From Candidatus Limnocylindrales bacterium (GTDB lineage Bacteria; Moduliflexota; Moduliflexia; Moduliflexales; JAUQPW01), in NCBI GenBank assembly GCA_035559535.1, contig DATMBG010000022.1:318568-349979 (forward strand): a stretch of 31,412 bases of DNA, written 5' to 3'. The notes under the pieces were generated by a model. The model was not told the origin of the DNA. It ran no database searches and worked only from the letters and a program-made list of their open reading frames with translations. Shown piece by piece: positions 8,964 through 17,319 of the stretch. Each line of letters opens with the position of its first letter. The stretch's first letter is position 1. A program made the translations under genes and the position numbers.

Positions 8964-11741
8964 ATGGAGCCATTCAACAACGGTGCTAAAGGAAACCTAG
9001 AAATTCTGAATCGTTTTACTGCCGGGTCCGTTGGAGAGGGTTTAAAAATCGAAAGGTTTTTTACCAAACCTGGCATTCATCCCTTTGATGAACTGGAATG
9101 GGAACTTCGGACGGCTCTCATTACCAATGAAAGAGGAGAAAAAATCTTTGAACAAAAAGATGTGGAAGTTCCCAAAACCTGGTCTCAGACGGCTACCAAC
9201 GTTGTGGTCCAGAAGTATTTCCATGGTACCCTGGGGACCCCCCAGCGGGAACGAAGTGTGAAAACCTTGATCCACCGGGTAGCCCGTACCCTTACCGACT
9301 GGGGAATCCGGGATGGATATTTCGCTTCCGACGAAGATGCAGAGGCTTTTTACCAGGAACTATGTCATATTCTGGTCAATCAGAAAGCGGCCTTTAACAG
9401 CCCGGTATGGTTTAATGTGGGGATTGAACTCAAACCTCAGTGCTCGGCATGTTTTATAAATTCGGTGGAAGATACCATGGAATCCATTCTAGATCTGGCC
9501 AAGACCGAAGGGATGCTTTTCAAGTACGGTTCAGGAACCGGCACGAATTTCTCGACCCTCCGTTCTTCAAAGGAAAGGCTTTCGGGGGGTGGGATACCCA
9601 GTGGGCCTGTTTCCTTTATGCGCGGATATGATGCCTTCGCGGGGGTCATCAAAAGTGGAGGGAAAACCCGAAGGGCAGCCAAAATGGTGATCCTTAACAT
9701 CGACCACCCGGATATTGTAGAATTCATTAACTGTAAGGCCAACGAAGAAAAAAAGGCCTGGGCGCTTATTGAAGCAGGATACAGTGGAGATTTCAATGTT
9801 CCAGGAGGGGCGTACGATAGTGTTGCTTTCCAGAATGCTAATCACAGTGTTCGGGTTACCGATGAGTTCATGCGGGCGGTTTTAGAAGATAAAGAATGGA
9901 AGACCCGGGCGGTAACCACAGGCCAGATCATAGATACTTATAAGGCTCGGGATCTTATGCGGATGATTGTAGAATCAGCGTATATTTGCGGGGATCCAGG
10001 TTTACAATTTGATACCACCATCAACGACTGGCATACCTGCCCGAATACAGGCCGGATTAATGCCAGCAACCCCTGCTCGGAATATATGCATCTAGATGAT
10101 AGCGCCTGTAATCTCTCTTCCCTGAATCTCATGAAGTTCCGAAAGGACAACGGAGAATTCGATATCGAAGCTTTTCGCCATGCGGTAGATATCATGATCC
10201 TGGCCCAGGATATCATTGTAGATAATGCCAGCTATCCTACTCCGAAAATTGACAAAAATGCCAAAGCTTACCGGCAGTTAGGATTGGGGTATGCGAATCT
10301 GGGGGCTCTCCTGATGGCCCGTGGACTACCCTATGATAGCGATGAGGGGAGGGCTTATGCTGCGACGATTACGGCGCTTATGTGTGGGGAAGCCTATCGG
10401 ATGTCGTCGATCCTTGCAGGGCGAATCGGTCCCTTTGAAGGGTATGCCAAAAATCGGGAACCCATGCTCCGGGTTATCCAAAAACACCGGGAACATGTAG
10501 ACAAAATTGATCGGTCTTTGGTACCCCATGAACTCTGGATGGCCGCAAAAGAGGTCTGGGATGAGGCTTATCTCCTGGGGAGTGAGTATGGTTATCGAAA
10601 CTCCCAGGTTACTGTGCTGGCACCTACAGGAACCATCGCGTTCCTCATGGATTGTGATACTACCGGTATAGAACCGGATATCAGCCTGGTTAAATATAAA
10701 AAGTTGGTCGGTGGCGGACTCCTCAAAATCGTCAATCGAACGGTTCCAGAAGCCTTGAAAAAACTCGGATACTCTGCAAACCAGATCCAGGCCATCTTAC
10801 AATACATTGACCAAAACGATACCATTGAAGGGGCTCCGGAGCTAAAACCAGAACATCTGCCGGTTTTCGATTGTGCTTTCAAACCCTTAAAAGGAACCCG
10901 CTCCATCCACTATAACGGGCATATTAAAATGATGGCAGCCGTTCAACCTTTCATCAGCGGGGCTATCAGCAAAACGGTTAATATGCCCCATGAAGCAACC
11001 CCCGAAGACATCTGGCAGGTATACATGGATGCCTGGAAGCTAGGGTTAAAAGCCATTGCTATTTATCGGGATGGATGCAAGCGGACCCAGCCTTTAAGTA
11101 CTTCCAAGGGAAGTCCGGGGACTAAAACCCTGAGTCCTGAGCCAAAATTAAGTTCACAACTCACTGATTTCAAGCCGGTCCGTAGGCGGCTCCCGGATGA
11201 AAGGAAGGCGATCACCCATAAGTTCAGCGTTGCAGGCCATGAGGGGTATATCACAGTGGGTATGTATGAAGACGGGAAACCCGGAGAAATCTTTATTGTT
11301 ATGTCTAAGGAAGGATCTACCATCTCAGGGCTCATGGATGCCTTTGCGACCGCTATCTCCATAGCTCTCCAGTATGGGGTCCCCTTAGAAGTTTTGGTGA
11401 ACAAATTCAGTCATATGCGGTTCGAACCTTCTGGATATACAGGGAATAAGCAGATCCCCATTGCTAAATCCATCATGGACTACATCTTCCGATGGTTGGC
11501 CTTAAAGTTCTTACCGGAAAAGGCAGAAGCCCAGGTGTTAGAACCGTCTACTCCTAAATCCTTGAGCAACGGCACCCCAGGTTCTGAAACTCTAGATGAA
11601 GAACGTCGGGGTATACTGGAAAAACAGATTTTCCAAACTCAGGCCGATGCACCCCTTTGCAGTGATTGTGGTTGCTTGATGGTCAGAAACGGTTCCTGCT
11701 ACAAATGTCTGAATTGTGGAGCAACCAGCGGCTGTTCATAA
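8964..11741 (+). CDS. nrdJ: Class II (adenosylcobalamin-dependent) ribonucleotide reductase with C-terminal TSCPD domain and Zn ribbon
   Basis: Start moved to ATG 8964 (SD AGAGGGGG). Motifs FNSPVWFN, QCSACFI, SGGKTRRAAKM, NASNPCSEY, APTGTI, RRRLPDERKAITHKF and CSDC..CYKCLNCGATSGCS. Confidence 0.96.
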   Translation: MEPFNNGAKGNLEILNRFTAGSVGEGLKIERFFTKPGIHPFDELEWELRTALITNERGEKIFEQKDVEVPKTWSQTATNVVVQKYFHGTLGTPQRERSVKTLIHRVARTLTDWGIRDGYFASDEDAEAFYQELCHILVNQKAAFNSPVWFNVGIELKPQCSACFINSVEDTMESILDLAKTEGMLFKYGSGTGTNFSTLRSSKERLSGGGIPSGPVSFMRGYDAFAGVIKSGGKTRRAAKMVILNIDHPDIVEFINCKANEEKKAWALIEAGYSGDFNVPGGAYDSVAFQNANHSVRVTDEFMRAVLEDKEWKTRAVTTGQIIDTYKARDLMRMIVESAYICGDPGLQFDTTINDWHTCPNTGRINASNPCSEYMHLDDSACNLSSLNLMKFRKDNGEFDIEAFRHAVDIMILAQDIIVDNASYPTPKIDKNAKAYRQLGLGYANLGALLMARGLPYDSDEGRAYAATITALMCGEAYRMSSILAGRIGPFEGYAKNREPMLRVIQKHREHVDKIDRSLVPHELWMAAKEVWDEAYLLGSEYGYRNSQVTVLAPTGTIAFLMDCDTTGIEPDISLVKYKKLVGGGLLKIVNRTVPEALKKLGYSANQIQAILQYIDQNDTIEGAPELKPEHLPVFDCAFKPLKGTRSIHYNGHIKMMAAVQPFISGAISKTVNMPHEATPEDIWQVYMDAWKLGLKAIAIYRDGCKRTQPLSTSKGSPGTKTLSPEPKLSSQLTDFKPVRRRLPDERKAITHKFSVAGHEGYITVGMYEDGKPGEIFIVMSKEGSTISGLMDAFATAISIALQYGVPLEVLVNKFSHMRFEPSGYTGNKQIPIAKSIMDYIFRWLALKFLPEKAEAQVLEPSTPKSLSNGTPGSETLDEERRGILEKQIFQTQADAPLCSDCGCLMVRNGSCYKCLNCGATSGCS

Positions 11742-11777
11742 CTATTGATTTTATTTATCCCTGCTTGTGGGGGGCGC

Positions 11778-11843
11778 GTCCCTCTGTCCCTGCATCCCTT
11801 GGTCTCTGCGTCCCCCTGTCCCTCTATCCAAGGTCCCCGTGTC
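11778..11843. repeat. Degenerate octamer tandem repeat between convergent genes
   Basis: GTCCCTCT-GTCCCTGC-ATCCCTTG-GTCTCTGC-GTCCCCCT-GTCCCTCT-ATCCAAG-GTCCCCGT-GTC. Confidence 0.75.
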
Positions 11844-12617
11844 TTAATAGGATGGGTAGCCTAAAACCAGAATCTCCGTACTTGCCGGTAAAGTGGCCTT
11901 GCGAACCTCAAGGGTTGAACTTTTGACCTTACGTACCGGATACTTATCTCCCACAAAAGAAATAAAGTTGTCGATCATACCTTTAAAATCATACTGCATC
12001 GGAATAACCACCCGGGGTTTCAATTGTTCAATCACGGTTAAGACATCCCTATGACTCATTGTCCAGCTTCCATCTACTGAAATAAGAACAATATCAATTC
12101 TCCCTAAGGTTTTAATCTGTTCTTCGTTTAGAGGATGCCCCAAATTACCCAGGTGGGCAATACAGACCTCTCCTATTTCAAAGACAAAAATCGAATTAAC
12201 CCCCAACCCTCCCCCGGTCCTGGTATAAACATTAAAGATCCGTATATCCTTGATTTTCTCATCGATCTTATTCCATTCCCCTTGGGGATTTACCCCCAAG
12301 AGCTGAATGGGATTCCCTTTGACTGCTTTTGTATTATCGTGGGCATGATGAAGATTGCTCACTGTAACAATATCCGGAGGGGTATCCGGAACATAGGGTA
12401 GAAAAGGATCTGTCAAAACCGTTGTACCCTCTGGCGAAGTAATCAAAAAGCTAGAATGCCCCAGCCGTTGAATAAGCACAGAGTTTGCGTTTACCAGTGT
12501 ATAGTTAACCGGAATGACCCGGTCACGGACCATTTCTAAATCACAACCCGCAAACGCCTGGGGCAGAAAAGTCAGGGTGAAAATCAAAGAAATAAAAAAG
12601 AACAGGTTCTTTTCCAT
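11844..12617 (-). CDS. Secreted MBL-fold metallo-hydrolase-like protein (degenerate metal motifs)
   Basis: Signal-peptide-like N-terminus ending AFA; motifs LGHSSFLI, VLTDPF, TVSNLHHAH, CIAHLGNLGH and KPRVVIPMQY. Confidence 0.85.
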   Translation of the reverse strand: MEKNLFFFISLIFTLTFLPQAFAGCDLEMVRDRVIPVNYTLVNANSVLIQRLGHSSFLITSPEGTTVLTDPFLPYVPDTPPDIVTVSNLHHAHDNTKAVKGNPIQLLGVNPQGEWNKIDEKIKDIRIFNVYTRTGGGLGVNSIFVFEIGEVCIAHLGNLGHPLNEEQIKTLGRIDIVLISVDGSWTMSHRDVLTVIEQLKPRVVIPMQYDFKGMIDNFISFVGDKYPVRKVKSSTLEVRKATLPASTEILVLGYPSY

Positions 12618-13235
12618 GAAAACTTACCTCCCACCTGTTGAACTAAACTTATTTTAAAAATCTGATGATATTTTCTATAAAGAAATCCTCCTTATTTGAG
12701 ATTGTCAAGATTGTCAAGGAACTTCTCCGAGTTTAAAGTAAAGAACAGGGGGGTAAAGAAAGACGTTTCTATCGCATCCTACCCAACCGGACTGATGTAT
12801 CTTTAATGAATTGAGACGTCCTTCTGACCCCTTTAGAAGGACCAGAAAGGGGTTAAATAAAACCCCACCAGATGCCGTATTTTACGAAAGAAACTCCAAC
12901 AGGGATACGTTAGGGAGATTTAACCCTCTTAATAAATTCTACTGAAGATATTCGTAAAAGCCTTCCAGTACTCTGTTAATCCAGGTTTTCCACCTTTTTA
13001 TTTAGGCTCCCGGTCCCCATCCCGGCCCCTTGTATTTTTCATTCTCCCCAGGCACAGAACTTGCTCCCTTAATCTTTAGAGTTTGTAGTGGGTAGAGCGG
13101 TTTTAAGCCTGATATTCGGGTTATTGTAAACCGATGGATAACAGATTCAGTCCGGATAAAAACTTTGACCCGGATTGGGAAGGATAGAACCCTCAAGAGG
13201 ATAGAAAGTTAAATCCCAAAAGGAGGGAAGGTAAT

Positions 13236-13694
13236 ATGAATGCCATTCAATTACTTACCGAGGACCATAACAAAGTAACCGGCTTATTCGATGAATATGA
13301 AGCAACAGACGATATAAATCGGAAGAAGGAAATTGCCGAGAAGGTTTTTATGGAGCTTGAAGTTCACTCTAAAATCGAAGAAGAGATCTTTTATCCGGCC
13401 GTAAGGTCGAAAACGGATGAGGAAGGTAAGTCTCTGATTTCTGAGAGTATTGAAGAACACCAGAGGGTTAAAGACCTCATTCAAGAACTTCGGGACCTTG
13501 ATCCTGAAAAGGATGAATTTGATGATAAATTCGACGAGCTTATAGATAACGTCGAGCACCATGTGGATGAAGAAGAAAGCGAAGTGTTTTCTAAGGCCGA
13601 AGAGTATTTCGGTAACGAGCTGGATCGTTTAGGCTCAGAAATGGAAACCCGCAAGGAACAACTTATGACTTCCCCTCGCTATATATCTTCTTAA
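13236..13694 (+). CDS. Hemerythrin (HHE cation-binding) domain protein
   Basis: LLTEDH, HSKIEEEIFYP, EEH and HHVDEEE motifs; SD AGGAGG. Confidence 0.92.
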   Translation: MNAIQLLTEDHNKVTGLFDEYEATDDINRKKEIAEKVFMELEVHSKIEEEIFYPAVRSKTDEEGKSLISESIEEHQRVKDLIQELRDLDPEKDEFDDKFDELIDNVEHHVDEEESEVFSKAEEYFGNELDRLGSEMETRKEQLMTSPRYISS

Positions 13695-13721
13695 ACGTGA
13701 AAAGGTTTTTTAAGAGTGGAA

Positions 13722-13778
13722 AAAGATCAAGACCGGAAGGTAAGTCTTCCTACCCTGTGGTCTTGATCTTTGTTCTTT
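13722..13778 (+). terminator. Putative intrinsic terminator after the hemerythrin gene
   Basis: AAAGATCAAGACC / GGTCTTGATCTTT 13-bp inverted repeat followed by a T-rich tract. Confidence 0.55.
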
Positions 13779-13866
13779 AGGTTCAGGCCCTTTTTCAGAG
13801 TTATAAACTCTAGCTCCTCAGACTCTCTGGTAACCCACCCCATGAAGAAAGAAAAGGAGATCTTAT

Positions 13867-14640
13867 ATGAAAACCGTGGTTGGAATTTTTACTTCACATT
13901 CCGATGCCAAACAGGCCGCCGAACGTTTACGATCGGTGGGCATCTCAAAGGATCGTATTAACTTTCTGATTCCGGGCTCTTCTGGAAAAGAGCCTCAGAC
14001 AATCCCAATTACAGAAACAGAACAACCTGGGATAGGCAAAGCTATCGGCAGTGTAGTTGGGGGGGCTGTAGGTGCCGGTGCAGGTCTGGCTATTCCGGCT
14101 TTCTTTTTACCGGGAGTCGGTCCCGTTATTGCCCTGGGATTTATTACCTCGGCTCTTTTAGGTACCGGTGGTGCCATTGGTGGAGCAATGGTCGGAGGGG
14201 CTTTGGAAGATTACCTTGCCCAGGGATTACCTAAAGACGAGTTATTTCTCTACGAAGATGCATTGAGACGAGGCCGTACCGTCTTGATGGCCCTTGTGGA
14301 AGAGGAGACCCAGGTGGAAACAGTCCGTGATATCCTCACACAGATCGGAGCAGAAAGTCTCGATTCGGCCCGTGAGGATTGGTGGATAGGACTCCGCCAT
14401 GCTGAAGAATTATCTTACACGGCCCAGGGTGGAAATTTTAAACGAGATGAACAGAGTTATCGGCGTGGTTTCGAAGCTGCTTTACATGTAGAAACCCGGG
14501 GTAAGCCTTATGAAGAGGTCCTAGACTATCTCCAGAAGCATGATCCAGGTCTGTATCAAGAAGAAGCTTTTCGCCGTGGATATGAACGTGGTCGGGCTTA
14601 TTATCAAGACTTAAGGGAAAGGTATCAAAGCAAGGATTAA
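13867..14640 (+). CDS. General stress protein-like membrane protein (YflT-like, Gly-rich TM hairpin)
   Basis: MKTVVGIFxSxxDAxxAAERL N-terminus, GAVGAGAG..PGVGPVIA Gly-rich segment and GLPKDE..YEDALRRG; SD AAGGAG. Confidence 0.75.
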   Translation: MKTVVGIFTSHSDAKQAAERLRSVGISKDRINFLIPGSSGKEPQTIPITETEQPGIGKAIGSVVGGAVGAGAGLAIPAFFLPGVGPVIALGFITSALLGTGGAIGGAMVGGALEDYLAQGLPKDELFLYEDALRRGRTVLMALVEEETQVETVRDILTQIGAESLDSAREDWWIGLRHAEELSYTAQGGNFKRDEQSYRRGFEAALHVETRGKPYEEVLDYLQKHDPGLYQEEAFRRGYERGRAYYQDLRERYQSKD

Positions 14641-14646
14641 TCTTTT

Positions 14647-14702
14647 GTACGTTGTCTGTTGTCTATGAAGAGGTAACGTACAACGGATAATGGATAATGG
14701 AC
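14647..14702. repeat. Heptamer tandem/inverted repeat
   Basis: GTACGTT-GTCTGTT-GTC followed by the inverted arm GTACAAC-GGATAAT-GGATAAT-GGAC. Confidence 0.6.
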
Positions 14703-14887
14703 CAAAAGAATGGCGTCAAGAGATATAAAACCTACAGTTAACCGGGATATTTCAGGTATCCACCCGGAGGGGGAGCAATCTAACCCAGGTACTAATCCCG
14801 GTGGGGATATAGAAGAAACAGACCTTATAACGGATCCGGGATACTTCTCTCATTCGTTATGAAAATGGGCAACCCCTGAAAGCCAAA

Positions 14888-15040
14888 ATGAGTAATATCA
14901 ACGTTGGCGATACCGAACGTTGGGCCTTTGTAGGAGGAGGCGCCCTGCTGATGCGTTCCGGTTTAAGGCATAGTTCTTTAAAGGGTCTATTTCTGACACT
15001 TTTAGGCGAGACTCTTATTTTGTCATTACTCACCGGATGA
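14888..15040 (+). pseudogene. YgaP/DUF2892-like N-terminal fragment (probable remnant of a DUF2892-SRPBCC cyclase gene)
   Basis: Reads [44 protein letters not shown]; NVGxxERW..GGALL is the DUF2892 pattern, and the GxC tail is missing. Confidence 0.6.
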
Positions 15041-15120
15041 GGTTGGAAGATGCGCCTTATGGTTACAAGATTTTTAGGGATAAAGAAGATCATTGCATTA
15101 AAAGAGTACTCAGACCATAA
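15019..15120 (+). pseudogene. C-terminal remnant of a Zn-dependent alcohol/formaldehyde dehydrogenase (YbdR-like)
   Basis: Reads [33 protein letters not shown], matching the family C-terminus FVITHRxxLEDAPxGYxxFxxKxDxCIKVVLxP. Confidence 0.75.
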
Positions 15121-15173
15121 TGTAATAAAGAAGGACCTTGGATAAAGTCTTACATGGAGTATAAAGATCTTTA

Positions 15174-15201
15174 GTAGGGGTGCGTGATTCCGCACCCTTA
15201 C
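15174..15201. repeat. GTAG-class REP-like palindrome
   Basis: GTAGGGGTGCG-TGATTC-CGCACCCTTAC, an 11-bp stem with one mismatch. Confidence 0.65.
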
Positions 15202-15231
15202 GGGAGGTAGGATCTCTCTTATCCAAAAATT

Positions 15232-15912
15232 ATGGAGATACGATTCCGAGATCGAAGGGAAGCGGGTCGTATACTAGGTCAGAGGCTGGCAACTTATGCG
15301 AATCGCCAGGATGTATTGATACTTGCGCTCCCACGGGGGGGTGTACCGGTAGCTTTTGAAGTGGCTAAAGCCCTTAAGGCTCCACTGGATGTATTCGTCG
15401 TACGTAAGCTTGGCGTACCCGGTGATGAGGAACTGGCAATGGGAGCCGTTGCTACAGGAGATGTATGCGTGCTTAATGAAGATGTGATTCGGGCTTTGAA
15501 GATACCTGAGACGGTTATTGAAACGGTTACAGAAAAAGAAAAGCGAGAACTTGAACGGCGTGAGTTTATTTATCGAGGGAATCGTCCCCCGCTGGATGTA
15601 CGTGCACGTACTGGTATTCTGGTAGATGATGGCCTTGCGACAGGCTCCACCATGCGAGCTGCAGTTGCTGCACTCAAGCAGCAGCAACCTGCCCGAATTA
15701 TTATTGCGGTTCCCGTTGCCGCACCTTCGACCTGTGAAGAGCTCCGGGCTGAGGTAGATGAGATTGTATGCCTGGCAACTCCGGAACCCCTCTTCGCCAT
15801 CAGCCTGTGGTATGAGGATTTCTCACAAACAACCGATGAAGAAGTCCGTAACCTGCTGGAACAGGCCATGGAGGGATCTTCTGCAAACTATACGAATTCA
15901 TCCCCACAATAA
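15232..15912 (+). CDS. Phosphoribosyltransferase family protein
   Basis: [27 protein letters not shown] and the PRPP-binding loop [12 protein letters not shown]. Confidence 0.92.
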   Translation: MEIRFRDRREAGRILGQRLATYANRQDVLILALPRGGVPVAFEVAKALKAPLDVFVVRKLGVPGDEELAMGAVATGDVCVLNEDVIRALKIPETVIETVTEKEKRELERREFIYRGNRPPLDVRARTGILVDDGLATGSTMRAAVAALKQQQPARIIIAVPVAAPSTCEELRAEVDEIVCLATPEPLFAISLWYEDFSQTTDEEVRNLLEQAMEGSSANYTNSSPQ

Positions 15913-15965
15913 CTCCCCTACTTCCGGTAAGACAAGAAGGAACCCGTAAGGTACAACATAGATAC

Positions 15966-17243
15966 CTAATAATCCAGCTCCATGGTTTCTAAGTTTCGGG
16001 CAAACGCCTGCAGGAATTGCGCTGCAGTACTTCCATCCACCGCTCGATAATCATAGGATAAAGAAGCGTACATCATCCAACGGATGCCGATCATATCCTC
16101 AACGACCACGGGTCGCTTCTTAACTGCACCAATTCCTAAAATCCCAATCTGGGGAGGTTGAATAAGGGGAGCATCTACCACAACCCCGAAAGCCCCGGCA
16201 TTGCTGACAGTAAAGGTTCCTCCCTGGAGTTCTTCAGGCTCGAGTTTCCTGGTTTGAGCCCGATAAATCAGATCCTCAATGGCTTTGGACATTCCCAATA
16301 AATTTAAGCCTTGAGCCTCTTTAATAAGAGGTACAACAACCCTATCTTCCAAAGGTACTGTAAAGCCGATATGGACAGATTCCTTTAAAGCAATCGTTCC
16401 GTCCTCTATAAGACCATTTAAGGTAGGAAATTGCTTGAGCGCCTTAACCGTGGCCACCAGGACAAAAGGTAGAAAGACCCACTCAGACGATCTTATGATC
16501 TTCTCTCCCTGGGTTTTTTCCAGGTGCCGGACGATCCGCGTCATATCTACTTCTATCAAAGCGGTTGCATGGGGTACGAGCTGGGGGCCTAAGACCCGGA
16601 GACGTGGGATCGCAGAGATACCAGGTTGTCTGAACCCTATTTCCCTTTCCTTACCTTCTGGTTTCTGCACTTCTTCTTCCAGAACCTGAGAGGGAGAAGG
16701 AATCGGCTCGGGTTTCGTTTCTTGAATCCTTCTTTTCGTTTTCAGGTCTGCCAGAATATCCTGCTTCATGATCCTACCACTCGGACCACTTCCCTGTTTC
16801 TGCTCGATTTCTTCTAGAGGGATCCCTTCCTTTTCGGCGATAGCCCGGGCCAGGGGAGAAATACGGGGACGTGGGGATGTCATTTCCACCTTTCTATCCT
16901 CCTGCCTTTGCACCTCTATCTCCTCCTGTCTCTCTATCTCTCCACGTCCCCGTGTCTCCGTCTCTCCGCGTTCTCCTGTCTCCGTGTCCCCACGTCCCTC
17001 CTCTACCTCTGTTTCAATCGAGGCGACTTCTGCCCCCACAGGGACCGTCTCTCCCTCGGCAAACAAGATTCGACTGAGTTTTCCTGTGGCCGGAGCCGGC
17101 ACTTCTGCATTTACTTTATCCGTACTCAGGACCAGAAGGACTTCATCCTTCTTTACAAAATCTCCCTCCTTTTTGTGCCACTCCAGAATCGTCCCTTCGA
17201 CTACACTTTCTCCCAATTGGGGGATTGTAACGCTGACTTTCAT
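15966..17243 (-). CDS. 2-oxoacid dehydrogenase E2 (SucB-like) protein with catalytic His replaced by Tyr
   Basis: Lipoyl domain (PQLGESVVEG, STDKV), peripheral-subunit-binding domain (ISPLARAIA..GSGPSGRI) and acyltransferase domain (GGTFTVSN), but SYDYRAVDG where DHRxxDG is expected. Confidence 0.9.
   Translation of the reverse strand: MKVSVTIPQLGESVVEGTILEWHKKEGDFVKKDEVLLVLSTDKVNAEVPAPATGKLSRILFAEGETVPVGAEVASIETEVEEGRGDTETGERGETETRGRGEIERQEEIEVQRQEDRKVEMTSPRPRISPLARAIAEKEGIPLEEIEQKQGSGPSGRIMKQDILADLKTKRRIQETKPEPIPSPSQVLEEEVQKPEGKEREIGFRQPGISAIPRLRVLGPQLVPHATALIEVDMTRIVRHLEKTQGEKIIRSSEWVFLPFVLVATVKALKQFPTLNGLIEDGTIALKESVHIGFTVPLEDRVVVPLIKEAQGLNLLGMSKAIEDLIYRAQTRKLEPEELQGGTFTVSNAGAFGVVVDAPLIQPPQIGILGIGAVKKRPVVVEDMIGIRWMMYASLSYDYRAVDGSTAAQFLQAFARNLETMELDY
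16865..16999. repeat. Octamer tandem/inverted repeat inside the E2 linker
   Basis: ACGTCCCC-GTGTCTCC-GTCTCTCC-GCGTTCTC-CTGTCTCC-GTGTCCCC-ACGTCCCT (16944-16999) with the inverted GGGGACGT-GGGGATGT (16865-16880); encodes GRGDTETGERGETETRGRGE. Confidence 0.75.
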
Positions 17244-17247
17244 TATG

Positions 17248-17316
17248 CATCGGAAGCCAGAAATCAGAGGTTATTCTAAATTCCCCACTCCGACTTCTGG
17301 CTTTTGATTCCTGATT
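17248..17316. repeat. Heptamer tandem/inverted repeat filling the kgd-E2 intergenic gap
   Basis: CATCGGA-AGCCAGA-AATCAGA followed by TCCGACT-TCTGGCT-TTTGATT-CCTGATT; same family as 8881-8940. Confidence 0.8.
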
Positions 17317-17319
17317 TCC

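Noticed and set aside
14857-15195. 112-aa minus-strand ORF
   Set aside because: It is the antisense shadow of the DUF2892 and dehydrogenase remnants on the plus strand.
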